A DNA stretch of 64,000 nucleotides from Octopus vulgaris (lineage: Eukaryota). Positions 12,163-26,908 of this stretch are shown here, one piece after another. The notes under the pieces were generated by a model. It was not told where the DNA came from. It made no database searches and saw nothing but the letters and a program-made list of their open reading frames with translations. The position numbers and the translations under genes are program-made. Position 1 is the first letter of the stretch. Each line of letters starts with the position of its first letter. The stretch covers positions 193,378,001 to 193,442,000 of the forward strand of contig OX597815.1 in the NCBI GenBank assembly GCA_951406725.2, given 5' to 3'.

Positions 12163-14329
12163 TTCTGTGTAGAAGACGAGTTTTCTTTAAAGCTCCTCGT
12201 AGAATGACATAAATCAGCCTGCTTCCTGAATGCAATATTTTCCCACGAGAGTTCCGGACCCTAGTCGAACGATCTCCAGCTTCTGCCTGGTTTTTGGAGG
12301 CAAATAATTAGATTGATTTGCATCCATACCTATTATCGGATTTTGTTAGTGCCCCGTAAGTTAAATATGTGCATGGGAAAAATATGGATTGAGGGTGATG
12401 TACTAGCAACCCTCTCCCCTCACTGATTTACAAAGTAAGCAAGAACACAAATAACTACGCAGAGGCAGCCATGGTTGAAACTAGAACAATATCAAAAATC
12501 ATTATTAAAAGGGAAAAGAAGCATGGTGATTCCTTACCCAACTGACCTTATCGTATCGCCCATCACTTGTTATGCGCCCATAAATTTGTTTGATTGTTGA
12601 GCTCTGGGTGGCTGTATGAAAACGAGTTTATAACTGGGATCCGGAACTCTCGTGTGAAAAAGAAATCTCTTCCCGTACACTTGATAAGTAAATTCTATCC
12701 CGAGTGGTATTACTAGATATTCGCTACGGTGCATATGTAGGAGATATAAGGGTAAACACAAGTTTATATCATAGTTTCTTGGCGTATTTCACCTTTTCAC
12801 CATTAGGATTGTTTGAAACCCAACGATTAGATGGTCGACACTTATCTGCAGCTTAATATTCTCGGATCATTTGTTAGTTTTGGGCATCTAAAATGCATTC
12901 TGAACACCAATTGCTGGGCTCCAAACGTGCATAACGTTGGAACACGCGTAAGAACGATTATATAAACTTGCATTTGTCCTTAGGCCTTACTCTCCTATTT
13001 GTACACACGCACGCGCATACAAACAGTCAAACAATTATTTCTTAAATACAATATGGAAACAACGTGTTTGTACGCTAATTTGTAAATAATATACATGCGT
13101 ACGCTTACAAAAACAAGAAAAAAACATTTAACGTTATTTTGCTGCTCATTACTAATTCATGAGTAAAGTTTATTTCGTTCGACAAAGATAGAAACGTAGC
13201 AAAAAGGTGGAGAGAGAGAGAGAGTTTTTAACTGCTTATATGGATACTGCAATGAGTAATACACACAGTGATGCATACAAATACACATATACACACTCAC
13301 ATAAATACATCGTTGCGAATTTAGTCCCAGTGCATGACACCTTCGAGTCGGCTCGACCAAAGCTTTGTGAGTAAATTTGGTAGACAGAAACTGAAAGAAG
13401 CCCGGCGTATATATATATAGAGCAATCTCGAGTATAACCAGCCGAAATTGCAAAGATAATCTGGAACTCGGCTGAGGATCCATCTTTGTTTTCCTTGTAT
13501 CATCTGTCTGGATATTTTGTTGTCCCTTTTTTGTTTCACATAATCGTATGAATGTTTTGCGTTCTTGTCCCAGTTTTGTATATATATATATATATAAGAA
13601 AATTTCCGAGAGGGAAGTTTTGGAAAATTTACACTATCTGACATTTTCTCTCGTTACTTTTAGGAAGACGGGTATCTTATTATGAAAATTTATTCAAATC
13701 CATTTCAAACGACATAGATTACAATTATAAAGAAATTTGTGGGGAAAAGTTTTTAGGGGATTTTCCCCATTTTTTTTTTTAAACCACAGCCTTCGAAATG
13801 GTGGAGTTTGAGCGTTTTCGATAAAATCAAAAAAATTGTTATATTTTCAGACGGAAAAGTCAGTGATTTAATGGTGATTTGGCTGTTATTTCTAGCACAT
13901 GCAAACAAAAACTCTCCTCGTTTCTGTATCACACTCGCATGTATTGATGTTTTTCAATATTTTTTCTCCATAAATAAAAATTATATGCTACAAAAACGAA
14001 AATTTGAGAAATTATGAAGTTTTTACAAACCCACTTTCTACCTCCGATTAAAATATTGAAGAGCCTGAGAAGGTCGTTGCTGGTATTTATCCACAATGAT
14101 TTGAAAAATTTACGGAGAAGTATTCGCATGTCAAGTGACTTGATCTGAGAATGTGTGCTGAAACAAAACAATTACAACGTGGAGGATGTTTGTAAGCCTT
14201 TCAAAAACACGCAAAAATAATTAGTTTCACTTTAACATTAAAATTTCATCTGTGTCAAAACATTTTCGTCGCTTTGAAACCGAGTCCGGTCCACTAAAAA
14301 AACTTCACAAAAGTGATACAAAGTTTTTT

Positions 14330-16760
14330 CAGTGAACATCAATCACACACTCACACACGCATTCATTGCCTTTTATTTGCATTACACCCAAACCGAACAG
14401 CACCTCTCCGCTTCTTCCGATCTAGAGCATCATTTTCCCAATCACTTTTGTTCATATCTAGTTTCTTCAGGTTTTCCTTCACACAGTCTTTATAACTTTT
14501 CTTCGGCTTATGTTGTGGTCACTTACCAGAGTTGAGCTCACCATAAAAAAGATGCTTTAGCAAACGCTCGAATTTCATTCTAATAACATGTCCAGTTCAT
14601 CTCATTTTCAGCCAAGGTAACATGCTGTTCAATTGAGCTGCTACATACCATGCGCAAAACCTCTGTATGTGGTATGGAACATTGCTTGACTCCTAAGATA
14701 CGTCTGAGGCACTTTTGATGAAATCTCTCCTGCATTTGTATGTGATGCTTGTAAGTGGTCCATGTCTCACTTGAATAAAGAAGTGCAGACAATACACACA
14801 CTATATAGACCTTGAATTTTGTCTGCAGGGAAATACCTCTATCCGCCCATACTCTCTTTTAGAGCTTTCCAAATGCAACACCTCCCTTCCCTATTCGATA
14901 GTATATCTCTGCATCAAGACTACCATCTCTTGACAGTGTACCTCTTAGGTAAACAAAGGAATCAACGACTTCTAACATTGTTCCATTCACAAAAATATTT
15001 GGTTCAGAATATGTTTGTTCTGGCACGGGAGTAAACATTACTTTGGTTTTCCCCAAATGTACATAAGCAGTGGAAAATCTCTCCATTAAATGTTGCATAT
15101 CCCCCTCTGAGTGTGCCAACAAATCAGCATCATCAACATAAAGATATTTTCTAACAAGTATTTTGAAAGTATTTGCAGTTAAACCGGTTCGAATTAAAAA
15201 TACGACCAGACATCTGAAATCTGATTCTGATTCCCCTGTTGCAACCCTTCAAAGTATACCAAAGTAATGCAGCAAAATAAATAGAGAAAAGCGTAGGGGC
15301 CGGAATATCTCCCTGTTTGACACCGTTGTCCACCGAAAATTCATGAGATGGACCACCATTAAAGACTACCTGATCTTTCGTGTTTCTGTGTAGTTTTATA
15401 AAAATGCTCACAAAATGTGTTGGACAACCAAGTCTACACAAAACAATCCACAGTGTCTTCCTGTTTACCGTGTCAAATGCCTTAGTTAAATCTATGAAGA
15501 CCTTGTATAGTGGAATTTGTTCCACTAAGCATTTCTCTTGAACCTGCCTCACAGAAAATATCATGTCCATGGTTCCTCGTTCGGGTCTGAAACCACGTTG
15601 TTCTTCAGGAATCACATGCGGACACACATTCTTAACAAGATGATCTAACATGATCCTTCGAAGTATCTTCCCAGTATGTACCAGAAGAATTGTCACTCTA
15701 GAATTACCACACACTACTTTGGGGCCCTTACCTTGTATACAGAGATTAGAATGACTTTTAACCATTCTTGTGGGACTGAAATCTTGTAAGTCAGCTTTCC
15801 GAGTTAATACAAAGTAACTCATATGACCTTGCTGTGATCTTGAGTGAATCCAGGTAACTTTATGTTTCATCTTATGATGAAAGAAAGTATTCCCAACAAT
15901 CAGCCCTAGCTCAGAGCACATTTTCAGCAGATGCAACCCATTGTTGTTCACCTTCTCAATTCCATAACGCCCATGTACATTCCAAGCACTATAGCTTCTA
16001 TCAACACGTGCATTAAAGTCACCAAGCACAACCAGCTTCTCATTCAAAGGGACACACAGAATACTTCTTCTAAGCTCCTCATAAAACACATGGATACTTT
16101 CGTCACCAGCTGAAAGTGTAAGAGCATAAATAGAGAAAACAGTTACAAAACGTCCACAAGAAAGAGGGATCTAGAGTTTCATTATGCGTGTATTTATGCT
16201 TTGTGGTTGTTCTGTGTCCTTTAGCCAATCACTTCCAATTGCAAACCAAACATCACTTTCCCTTTTCTCTCTCTCTCTCTCCCCGGCTTCCCAACACAGA
16301 ATAACGTGAAACCTGTCGCTCTTTCGACAAGATGATCTTCATCTGAACATCTTGTTTCCGAAAGAGCTGCAATATCAAGATTAAGACGCCTTAGCTCCTT
16401 AGTTACTAGAGCTGTTCTTCTCTCAGGTCTTTCTGCTCGATCTAAAAGAGTTCTTACATTCCAACAGACCAGGTTAAGAGAAACCTTATTCCTCGCATAC
16501 TTGCAATAATTATTTTCATCAATTCTTTGTTCATTCCTGCTAAACTGATTCACTGTTAGCCACAGTAAACTTACCAGCAGAGAGAAGTCAGACAATTTTT
16601 AGTGCACCTTTTCTAGCACTTTACCAATTTATCCAGGTAAGCAGTATTCTCCTTAAAAGGGCTGCTCAGACGCAGGATTCTTCACCGAAAACTTTTTTTG
16701 CCCATAAAAATATTAGCGATGTTAAGATAAGAACCCTGTCGGCTTATGTGCAGATTTCTA
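14330..16760 (-). mobile_element. Degenerate RTE-clade LINE (AP endonuclease plus RT), internally deleted and frameshifted
   Basis: WNVRTLLD...DIAALSETR, LGDFNARV, EEQRGFRPERGTMDMIF, FIDLTKAFDTV, GVKQGDIPAPTLF, YVDD, RLLKHLFY.ELNSGK. Confidence 0.9.
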
Positions 16761-16897
16761 CGTTTGTAACTGTATACTTCCAACTGGTCAAATCTGAAAA
16801 CGTGGCATATATGAATAAATAAATACATTCGCAATTAAAACTTTAATAAAGTAAAATAAAATAAAAAGATATAAATATATACAAATATATAAATATA

Positions 16898-17750
16898 CTA
16901 GCAGAAATACTCGGTGCTGCCCGGATTAAGGAAAACAATGGATTTTTAAAACGCCATCTAGATTATGCAGGCCTCAGCTGCTAGTAACTGATATACCAAC
17001 TTTCTACATTAACAACTCTCCAACCCATGCAAACATGGAACATAGACGTTAAGTGAAATGTTAAAAGTAAGTTTTCAACTTATATATGTATATAAAGTAA
17101 ATACACGTAATTCAAGAACACATTTTGTGTAGCTTAATTCGTAAACGGAAAACAGGTACAGATTATAAAAAATGAAAGGCCGAATTTTGGTGATTCATTT
17201 GACAGAGGAAGTAGAAAGCCAATCCGATGATAAATCTAATCTTGAATCTTGAAATTGTAGTGTAATCTGCATAATGAACTGCTGGATTATAACTGAGAGC
17301 TGCTTCATAAAAGTTACTTCTCTCAGCTGTTGCAACTGCTCTTCGTTCTGCAGTGGAGATCCTATTCCTTTTCAGCAGTGCATATCTCTGTTCATCGCTT
17401 TGATATGCTGTGTCCTTTGTAATGGACAGTCTCTTCGTTTCTTGGTATGCTTCCTTTTATGCAGATGTCTCTCTTTCCTTGGACAGGGACATTCTTTTGG
17501 CTGACCTTGACATTTTCATTCTAGGGATAGTTATATACGTATACAGAAATACACGGTTGCAGAAGACAGTAAACAGTGAAAATATTTGGGTAACGGAAAT
17601 TATATTTCTTAATACGACGGGTAAAGCAAGAAATTTTAAAGGAAAATAAAGCATTCTACGGGTTGAAGCGAAATTTGTCAGTCAATCAGGGCCAGTATCG
17701 AAGGAACTAGATAGACAGATATGGAGAGATAGAGATGGATAGAGATAGAT
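16898..17750 (-). mobile_element. Helitron-like non-autonomous element (duplicate near 38626-39470)
   Basis: CTAG terminus with an adjacent GC hairpin (ctcggtgctgcccgg), as at 1112; the other end runs into (GATA)n. Confidence 0.45.
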
Positions 17751-17756
17751 AGATAA

Positions 17757-17812
<56 letters not shown>

Positions 17813-17837
17813 GTAGGTAGGTAGGTAGGTAGGTATG

Positions 17838-17900
<63 letters not shown>

Positions 17901-17917
17901 GTAGGTAGGTAGGTATG

Positions 17918-17993
<76 letters not shown>
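17710..17993 (+). repeat. (GATA)n/(GGTA)n microsatellite
   Basis: Read directly from the sequence. Confidence 0.95.
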
Positions 17994-17994
<1 letters not shown>

Positions 17995-18283
17995 TTTAAC
18001 GTCACTGATGCTAGTAAACCGGTAGTAAATATATTTTAAAGTTTTCAATGACGTGAATATAATTTAAAAAGTAATTTGTTTTCATCAGCAATGGATGTCA
18101 GGGTGATAATAAATTTCTGAAAGTTACTTCACAAAGATTTACTTCTGTTCTCCAAGTAACCAAGGAACAGGAGTTTTCTGCCACGGGAGGCCTATTACTT
18201 ATTATGCGAAACATCTTAAGAGTCTAAAATAACCCATAGAACGTAAGTAATATATGTGCTCTCAAATTTAAAATCTTGAAATG

Positions 18284-18365
18284 CTGTGCTGAGGAGCAAA
18301 TTGATCGAATGAAAGTGTGATCTTTGCATTTTTCATATCGATCTAATTCCGAAACGCGTCCACAG
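18284..18365 (+). ncRNA. Minimal type I hammerhead ribozyme, intact core
   Basis: ctgtg-CTGAGGA-[55-nt stem-loop II]-GAAACGCGTC-cacag. Palindromic stem III (ACGCGT); predicted cleavage after C18360. Confidence 0.75.
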
Positions 18366-18822
18366 GTAATCAAATACCGAGTGAATTTCGTTGTTTTTTT
18401 CTCTCTGCCTACGTGAATTGTTTTGAGTATATGTTGTCCGGGAGTTTCTCCTTATAGTAGGAGAAATAGCTAAGTACTTTGGCTGCTATTTCTAAAGTTC
18501 GGTATGTGGTGAAGCAAATTTTTTGGCTGAACACTAATTATAATTATACTAATAATTATGAAATATATATATATATACAAATATACACACACAAACACAC
18601 ACACATATGTACACATAATGCTGGATGGCCGTTGACTAAACATGAGTTCTTCTGCCCTACAACAGGTCATATTTTCGTCCTGCAGGGTGTCCAACAATTA
18701 CCGTCCTCCCCAAGTAAGGTTGGTGGAGTTTCCAGTTTAGTCGCCGAGGACCCGACCATGTGAAATATTGTACTGGGTTACATGTTACCAGCAGCGCTCA
18801 AGAGCGATTTGACCTAACATAA

Positions 18823-19034
18823 ATACATACATACGTACGTACGTACGTACACACATACATACATACATACATACATACATACATACATACATACATACAT
18901 ACATACATACATACATACATACATACATACATACAGACATACATACATACATACATACGCACATACATACATACATACATACATACATACATACATACAT
19001 ACATACATACATACATACATACATACATACATAC
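18823..19034 (+). repeat. (TACA)n microsatellite
   Basis: Read directly from the sequence. Confidence 0.95.
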
Positions 19035-19863
19035 TTACTTGTGCCTTCTGAAGGACATGAACACCGATTTCCAAAAGTTCTTTTTAAGGGAAGATTCAGG
19101 GCCTTTATGAAGATATACATTTTGTTTGGCTATTAAATACTTGCTATCATGTTTTGATCATATGTAAGTTCCGTTTAACACCATTTGAAGCCTACGTAAA
19201 TATATCGCCGTTGGGGAGGTCTCAATAAATAGATTACTTTTTTCTTTTAGGCGTTCACTACATTAAACTTCATGCGATATAATTTTTTGTATCTCAAATC
19301 TGTACGATGTGGTTTAGTGCAAATTTCCCTGGAATTTGTTCACAAGTTGAGCAACTACGCAGCGTTAGTCTTCATACTAAAAATAAACTGCATCGAACGC
19401 TATTGTCAATGTAGGTCTTGTTAAATATAATGCTCTTCTTTCTTCCATGACTGATAATTCTATCATAAAATAGAGACAACAGTTCGAAATTCTTTATGGG
19501 CCCAAGAGGAATGCAATTCCCAAGAGTAGCAACGTGTCTTCAACCTTAAAGTTACCTAACAAAAAGATAAGGATTGCAACTTTTGAATATACAACGGTTT
19601 ACGTATAAGCTATTAACGAATTGCTATAAGCTGCAAGGAAAGTATTTCATAAACAAAACTGTTGCACTCCACAAAATAAATTTCCCACGTTAGTGACATA
19701 ACCTGTTACACTGCATATATAGTTATGCCATCACTGCCCTCAATTCGCACAGAGAGGAATAAAAGTACCACTGCGAGTAAGGCGAGTAGGACCCCAACAT
19801 TTGCGGATTTTACCATTTCAGTCTCCTATCGCTAGCTGCACGAAACAGTGGTGGTTCACAACC

Positions 19864-19873
19864 ATGGAAGCCT
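19864..19873 (+). CDS. Dispanin paralogue 2, coding exon 1 (ATG GAA GCC T)
   Basis: accATGG Kozak-like context, GTAAGT donor, homologous to 191-200. Confidence 0.75.
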
Positions 19874-20335
19874 GTAAGTATTATGTTAATGAATTTTCAT
19901 AAGTATATATTAATGAAGTTTCCAAAGTATGTGTTAATGAGTTTTGTAAGATCTCACTATATGTCCGCTTCTATAAAGTTTTTAAAGCACACACCCAGAT
20001 TGTCTTGATAAAGTGTGAAGAAAATTCCACATTTCCGTTCTGTCAGCTCACGAATGTTAATTAAAGACTTGTATGAACATCTTTGCAACATACACTGGAG
20101 TAATTGAACCGAATTTCAAGAAATGTTCATGAGTTCTGATAAAAATATTTTAAAAACCATACGTGCATGTGAGTATGTATATATGTAATCAAACGTTTCT
20201 CATACTATGTATAGCCGTACATGCTCGCTTGTGTGGAGATGAACGGAGAAAAATTCATTACGTAAAAAATAGAACTTTGTAACTGTTACTTAAAACTTCA
20301 GCTACTTTATATACATACTTGCACATACACATAAA

Positions 20336-20369
<34 letters not shown>

Positions 20370-20371
<2 letters not shown>

Positions 20372-20815
20372 TAGATAAATATTTTTTGTTTATTAGCCAC
20401 ACAGAACTGAACACATAGGGGACAAATTACAAAGTAGAGCTTTTCTTTTGGGGGAGAAAAAAGGGGGTGTAGGTTTCCGATCAAAAGGGAACGTAAAAAA
20501 AAACGTTCAATAGTAATCGTGTATCACAGAAATGTCATGATGTAAAGTGTATAGGGGGAAACAGATAAACTTTATCCGTGGAAAGAAAAGCCTACGGAAA
20601 AGACCACGGGAACCTCGATCAATAATGTCACATGTTAACACATTCATTTGCAAGTAAGTAACTCTCTCTTTTCCGGATTCATAGGATTATGCTCAAGGTG
20701 GCTTCGTCATTCATATGTGCCGTTCTTGCTACATTCACCCATGTTTTTTGTTTTTGAAACATTCGCTACTCTCTCTTGCCTCTCTACTCTCACTTTCCCT
20801 TTCAAGTGATACTTA
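20370..20815 (-). mobile_element. 3' fragment of a Tx1/L1-like LINE
   Basis: Homologous to 42558-43287 (ORF2 C-terminus and 3'UTR ending tgtgtggctaataaa). Confidence 0.55.
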
Positions 20816-21381
20816 ATACCTAAACATCTACTACATCAGATTCTATTATCTTTTAACGACCGATTTATTCCCTCCACTACATCCTCCCTCCCACTGCTAC
20901 CCAACCTGAAGATCTAAGATTTGCTTTCCTTCAGCCCTTATACATTCGTCTTTGAACATACATCCCCAAACCCTTCCTAACATGAGTACACCCCACTATA
21001 CTGATTAGTATATATTTAGTACGCAGCATCTATCTGCTACTCCTCTTCATTTTGCTATAGTGAAATACACTCATTTTTGAACCAGTCTTTCTCCAAGATT
21101 GGAACTGGTAACACCTGATTCTCTTCGCTCTGGATTATAAACAAGTATCTTTCACAATTTTGATTCTAGTAATGGTCATTACTGATTTTTCTCATTTGTA
21201 CACAGATCTAACTAAGGAATACGTATTTTAATTGGATTTTAATTGGATTTCTCCTCCTTTTCTCGACAAAATTAACTACAAAATCATTGATGAGTAATGC
21301 TCTTCCACCTGTATATCTGTTTAAACCCCTCATTTTCTGATGTAATTTGTCTTTGTAAAAGTCTTACCACACATTTTGCCT

Positions 21382-21464
<83 letters not shown>

Positions 21465-21807
21465 GGATTCAGTTGAATTAAGTGCATACAGGAAAGTACC
21501 AAGCCACCAAGCCAGTTCGGTATAGTACGCGCAGTTCGAAATTACATGAAATTAAAAAGTAAATAAGTAAAAGGAATGACCGTTTCAAGTGGCTCCATTT
21601 AATCGATGATGAAAACTTTACATCAGTTTGAAATAATCCGCTCTCTCCAGACGCAGACGATCATATAGATTTCAAACATAAAGCATAAGCCATTAATTAT
21701 TAGGAAAAATTCCACAAGAACCTAAGACAATTACAATTTTCCTTTTGCTACTCTCTGCCACAAGAATAGCAAAGGGAAGCTTTGTCACTTATTTGCTTTA
21801 TGTACAA

Positions 21808-21883
<76 letters not shown>

Positions 21884-22064
21884 ATGTGTATGTATGTAGG
21901 TACAGCACCAGTAACAGTTAAGCTTCGTGCAATGGCCATACTCGATTTCGAGGGGGAAGCCATAATGTATGTATGTATATATATGTATATACAAACACAG
22001 ACACAGACACACACACAAACACGCACGCACACACACACACACAAACACACATATATATATATAT

Positions 22065-22101
<37 letters not shown>

Positions 22102-22484
22102 TATAATTACAAATTGGGATAGGGGTTGAGAGTGTAACCCACCATGGGATAACATATATCCAATATACTGCCAGTAAAGCACCCAACAAAGTTAATACAT
22201 AAATGTTAAGAATTGCGATGCAATTAATTCATTTATTGTATTATATGGGGAAAGGTAAAATGTTTTACCACAAATTAATAATACAAAATAAGAAAATGGA
22301 GAAATACACCTTAATCAATAATCAACTACCAGATAGTACCCAATCACATAATTTATTAAACCACTACATAAGAACATCAAGGTCAAACATAATAGTATAG
22401 AACAAAAAACAATGCACATCAATGAGTAATATGATACAATAAGTGCAATATGTATAAGTGAATATAAATAAATATAAATATAAA

Positions 22485-22617
22485 TATAAACTACAGCTGT
22501 TTCAGTCATGCAGATATGGGTATCTCATTATGTTCATATTAGCCAGGTGTGATAAGTTAATATGTGGTTATAAATGAGACACTTACAGAAATATCCCAAG
22601 GCCTCTTCAGAGATTAT
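22485..22617 (-). ncRNA. Hammerhead motif with intact core, very long stem II and degenerate stem I
   Basis: Minus strand: CTGAAGA...gtgtctcatt...aatgagatac...GAAACAGCTGTA; palindromic ACAGCTGT. Confidence 0.55.
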
Positions 22618-22959
22618 AAAGTACAAACTAAACTAAATATGAATATCAGAGGAGGTACACCCATACAAGAGTGGGCACATACCCATAATATATAATATAC
22701 ACATACATAAGAGTGCATATACCCATACTTCTATATATATATATACATATACATAATAATATACAACATTATACATACATATGTTCTATATTCAAGTTTA
22801 CAGTTGGTCAAACCAATATATTAGAATATTACAATATACAAACATACACATATCTATATTCAAATGAACATATACAGATTCAAGAGTTCATTATATTAAG
22901 TTACAAAGTGCCATTAATATTACCATCATTATTATTACCATTGCCACTATTGCTACTAA

Positions 22960-23023
<64 letters not shown>

Positions 23024-23284
23024 AATAATACCAGCAAAACAATATATGCATCACGCGGTTCACAGTACATATTATGTGGGAAAAAATCAGGTGGAATACA
23101 TCAATATCATAGTATATTGGAATAGCAATATAATAGCAACAACAACAACAACAATAATACAATACAATGCATTTTTCGTAAACATTCATAGTGCTGAGAA
23201 ACCTTCCAGATAAACACAATTTCGAAAGTGTTCCCACTCAAACCTCCGCCAAAAAACATTCACAGGCATGGGAAAACTGCACCA

Positions 23285-23398
<114 letters not shown>

Positions 23399-23653
23399 GC
23401 ACACAGACATATACATATATACACTCGAATGCAATGCATCCGCAAACATTGGTATACACATACATACACACTCATATATATATTCATATATATAAAAAAC
23501 ATATACACACATATCCACCCATGAATATATATATATACATATAAGTATACACATGAACATATGTAGACATATCCACATACACGATCGAAATTACAGATAT
23601 ACATGTCTGCACACAGCTTTGCATATACATACATTCATATATATATGTATATA

Positions 23654-23780
<127 letters not shown>

Positions 23781-23984
23781 TGGTACATACACATATATGT
23801 GTGTGTGCGTCCCGGATGTCTTCTATATGTGGAGGAATTTTGTCCAAGGTGACCAAACACAAAGTTTCCTAGCCATATATTAATGCCTATATATATATGT
23901 ATGTGTGTGTATGTATCTATTTCTATATAAATGTAATGTTATGTAGATAAATATGTGTGTCTATGTAAATATACTTGTGTGCAA

Positions 23985-24795
23985 GATATAATTCTTATAC
24001 GATAAGGAAATGTCTATTTGTCAGAAAAAGTAAAAGAAAATTACTTCATCTAATCTAAAAGGTTCTGAAAGAAACTGAAAAATGCAGCAGAAGATTATTT
24101 TTTTTCTCAAACGAGAAAACCTTCGGCCGGGATCAAAACGTCACAGGAAGAAATGACAGATGGTTAAATGCAGGCCCTTCTGAAGTGTTATATATACAAG
24201 ATTTCGTGCAACTGTCATAGTTTTAGGGGTTGTTAGCAATGAAGGACTTGAGATGCCTCCTTACTTCTTTCCACAAGGCCTTAGAGTTAACTATGCGGGA
24301 TACGTTTAGATCATGGGACAAATTGTTAAGCCCTGGATAGACAGTGAATGCAATAGAAGGCCATATGTATTTCAGTAAGACTCTGCACTATCACACATGG
24401 CTCTAGTAACAAAGGATCGCCGATAATGTTCATGATCACAACTCCTAGCGTTTGGGAGCCTTATATCCCAGATCTCAATCCATTGGACAATCACATGTGG
24501 AAGGTTGCTGAGAGAGAGGTCAATGAACACACACATAACACCACAAAAACCTTTGAAAGCTGACATAGTCAGAGTAATGTCCAGAATGAACCAGGACCAC
24601 TTGATTCAAGCATGTAGAAGATTTAGATCTCATATAGAAGCAGTTGTTGAAGCTGAAGGCAGCTTTATTGTACAACATTATAGAAAAAAAGTTTAGTTTT
24701 ATCCTCGTAGTATTTTTTGACAAATATATTTATTATTTGCTATATATTTGCTTCTTTTATAAACATAAATCTGTCCTCAAGTATCTTACGCACAC

Positions 24796-24800
<5 letters not shown>
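23985..24800 (+). mobile_element. Degenerate Tc1/mariner (maT/DD37D-like) transposon
   Basis: [62 protein letters not shown], with stops. Confidence 0.75.
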
Positions 24801-24866
<66 letters not shown>

Positions 24867-24890
24867 GTGTGTATGTATGTATTATGTATG

Positions 24891-24924
<34 letters not shown>

Positions 24925-24951
24925 TGTATGTATGTATGTATGTATGTATTA

Positions 24952-25017
<66 letters not shown>

Positions 25018-26486
25018 GTAACAGAAAGGAAGAATTTCGATTATCCCCATGTGGTGAGTTGTAATATATATAAGAAATTAAAAAAGGAAAATACGCACAC
25101 TTTACATAGTTTTAATATAAGTTTTAATATATCGACCGGTTCCGCTATCGCTATTCATGATATTATGTTTTACTTACTTGAATATGTATTTTCTTAGATT
25201 TTGTCCATGTTGTGTATGATGATATTTACGAGTGATTCACTCGTAAATATCATCACGCAACTGGCTCTCTTATTTGATGTACTTTGTTTTAACAGCACTA
25301 ACAGTTATCAAGAAACCAATTGATCCAGGGATATCAATTTTCCCATTCTGCGGCTTTCTACCGAGATTATGTATTAATTTCTTTGCTATTCGCCCGCTTT
25401 TTGTTGTGCCTATAGCATTTCCAGTAAATGGTGGTTTATTATCGGATTTTTCGACACTGACGGAAAATGTATAACTAATTCACTACAATTTTGTATTAAA
25501 TTAGGGGTTATAATACATTCTCGATTTTGCTACATAAAAAAAATCTAAATTTGTAATATTAAATTGTTGAAGTCTTAACTTATAGGCAAATATTTTAAAT
25601 TTACAGACACTATATACTATTTCTTTTCCGTTTATTAAACTGAAAAAGAAAAGATGATTGTCCCTTTCAATTTCAGCTATTATGTAAAAATATAAAAGGA
25701 CATGAATGACCATTGAAATCTTTAAACTCTATCTTCAACAGCAATATTTTAAGTTTGTTTACTTCTTGGTCTCGCTTAATGTATTTGCAAAGAAAGAAAA
25801 TATCTTGGTATCTGCATGAGAATTTGTGAACGACTGCAGAATTACTTAATTCGGAATGAAGACGATTTGTACATCTTTATATTGAAGATTTGCTGTTAAG
25901 GGAGGTCTACATATAGCAAGTTTTATTCGTCTAAATATATAACATGATCATATTTAGATAGCTGTGAATTATCATTATCAGCTACAGCATTTGTAAAATA
26001 GTTGGCTTTTAGCAAAATCCCCAATGAGAAATGTAAAGGTGGACAATTTACTCGTGTATTTTAATAGGTTTTACCTTTAAAATCTAATCTGACCTCATCT
26101 TGGAGCAATGAATTAAAAACTGAAAAAAATTACAAAGACAATAACTGCATTAACTCCAGCTTAGCATCTTTTCAGGCAGATTATCGTTATATATATCATA
26201 CCAGCAATGTGTTCTTGGTAATCAGTTAGAGGGAATTCTGTTTTCATCTTATATGTTTCAGCTATTAAAGAAAAGCAGAAGTGAAAACATATAAAAGTAT
26301 TTAACTATCCTGATGATTTCGTCAATGTGTTAGTGATGATATTAATTAATTTTTACAATTTTAAGCAAATTGTCATAAGAAAATTTACAGTCAGCAACCA
26401 GCATATAACATTTGTTGATTAATTAGATATATGAGGAATATACACTTTGAAATATCGCTTGTGGAATCTAATTTCTTTTTTTACAG

Positions 26487-26908
26487 ATAACACAAAACCT
26501 GCTGAGCGGAACGATGAACCACCAAGATACTATGATAACCATGGATACGCAACTGATTTCTATGATGCTTCGACATCTGGACATTCCGAACAACCTGGGT
26601 ATCCACCACTACCAGCATATACACCACGCTCCGAATATCCACCACCACCACCATATACACCACAACCCGAATATTCTCCACTATCCGAATATCCACCACA
26701 ACATGAATATCCACCACTATCCGAAAATCCACCACTATCCGAATATCCACCACTATCCGAATATCTACCACAGTCCGGATATCCACTACAAACGGGTTAT
26801 CCACCACTACCTGGATACCCGTCAGAACCATCACCTGTCCTACAACAACCATCACAACAACAACAACAGCAACAACCACAAAGACAACATCAGCAAGTGT
26901 CTGATACT
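26487..26908 (+). CDS. Dispanin paralogue 2, Pro/Tyr/Gln-rich exon
   Basis: Same splice sites as 6511-6860. 72 nt longer, equal to four extra 18-nt EYPPLS-type units; frame intact. Confidence 0.85.

Larger units (their letters stand above)
5295..18610 (+). repeat. Segmental duplication arm 1 (paired with about 23810-40200)
   Basis: Collinear, highly similar exons, introns, 3' flank and shared TE insertions, with several copy-specific indels. Confidence 0.95.

Noticed and set aside
21575-21655. Further hammerhead-like motifs (also near 2870-2920, 59750-59885 and 60820-60920)
   Set aside because: Core or stem I too degenerate to call; at most decayed relics.
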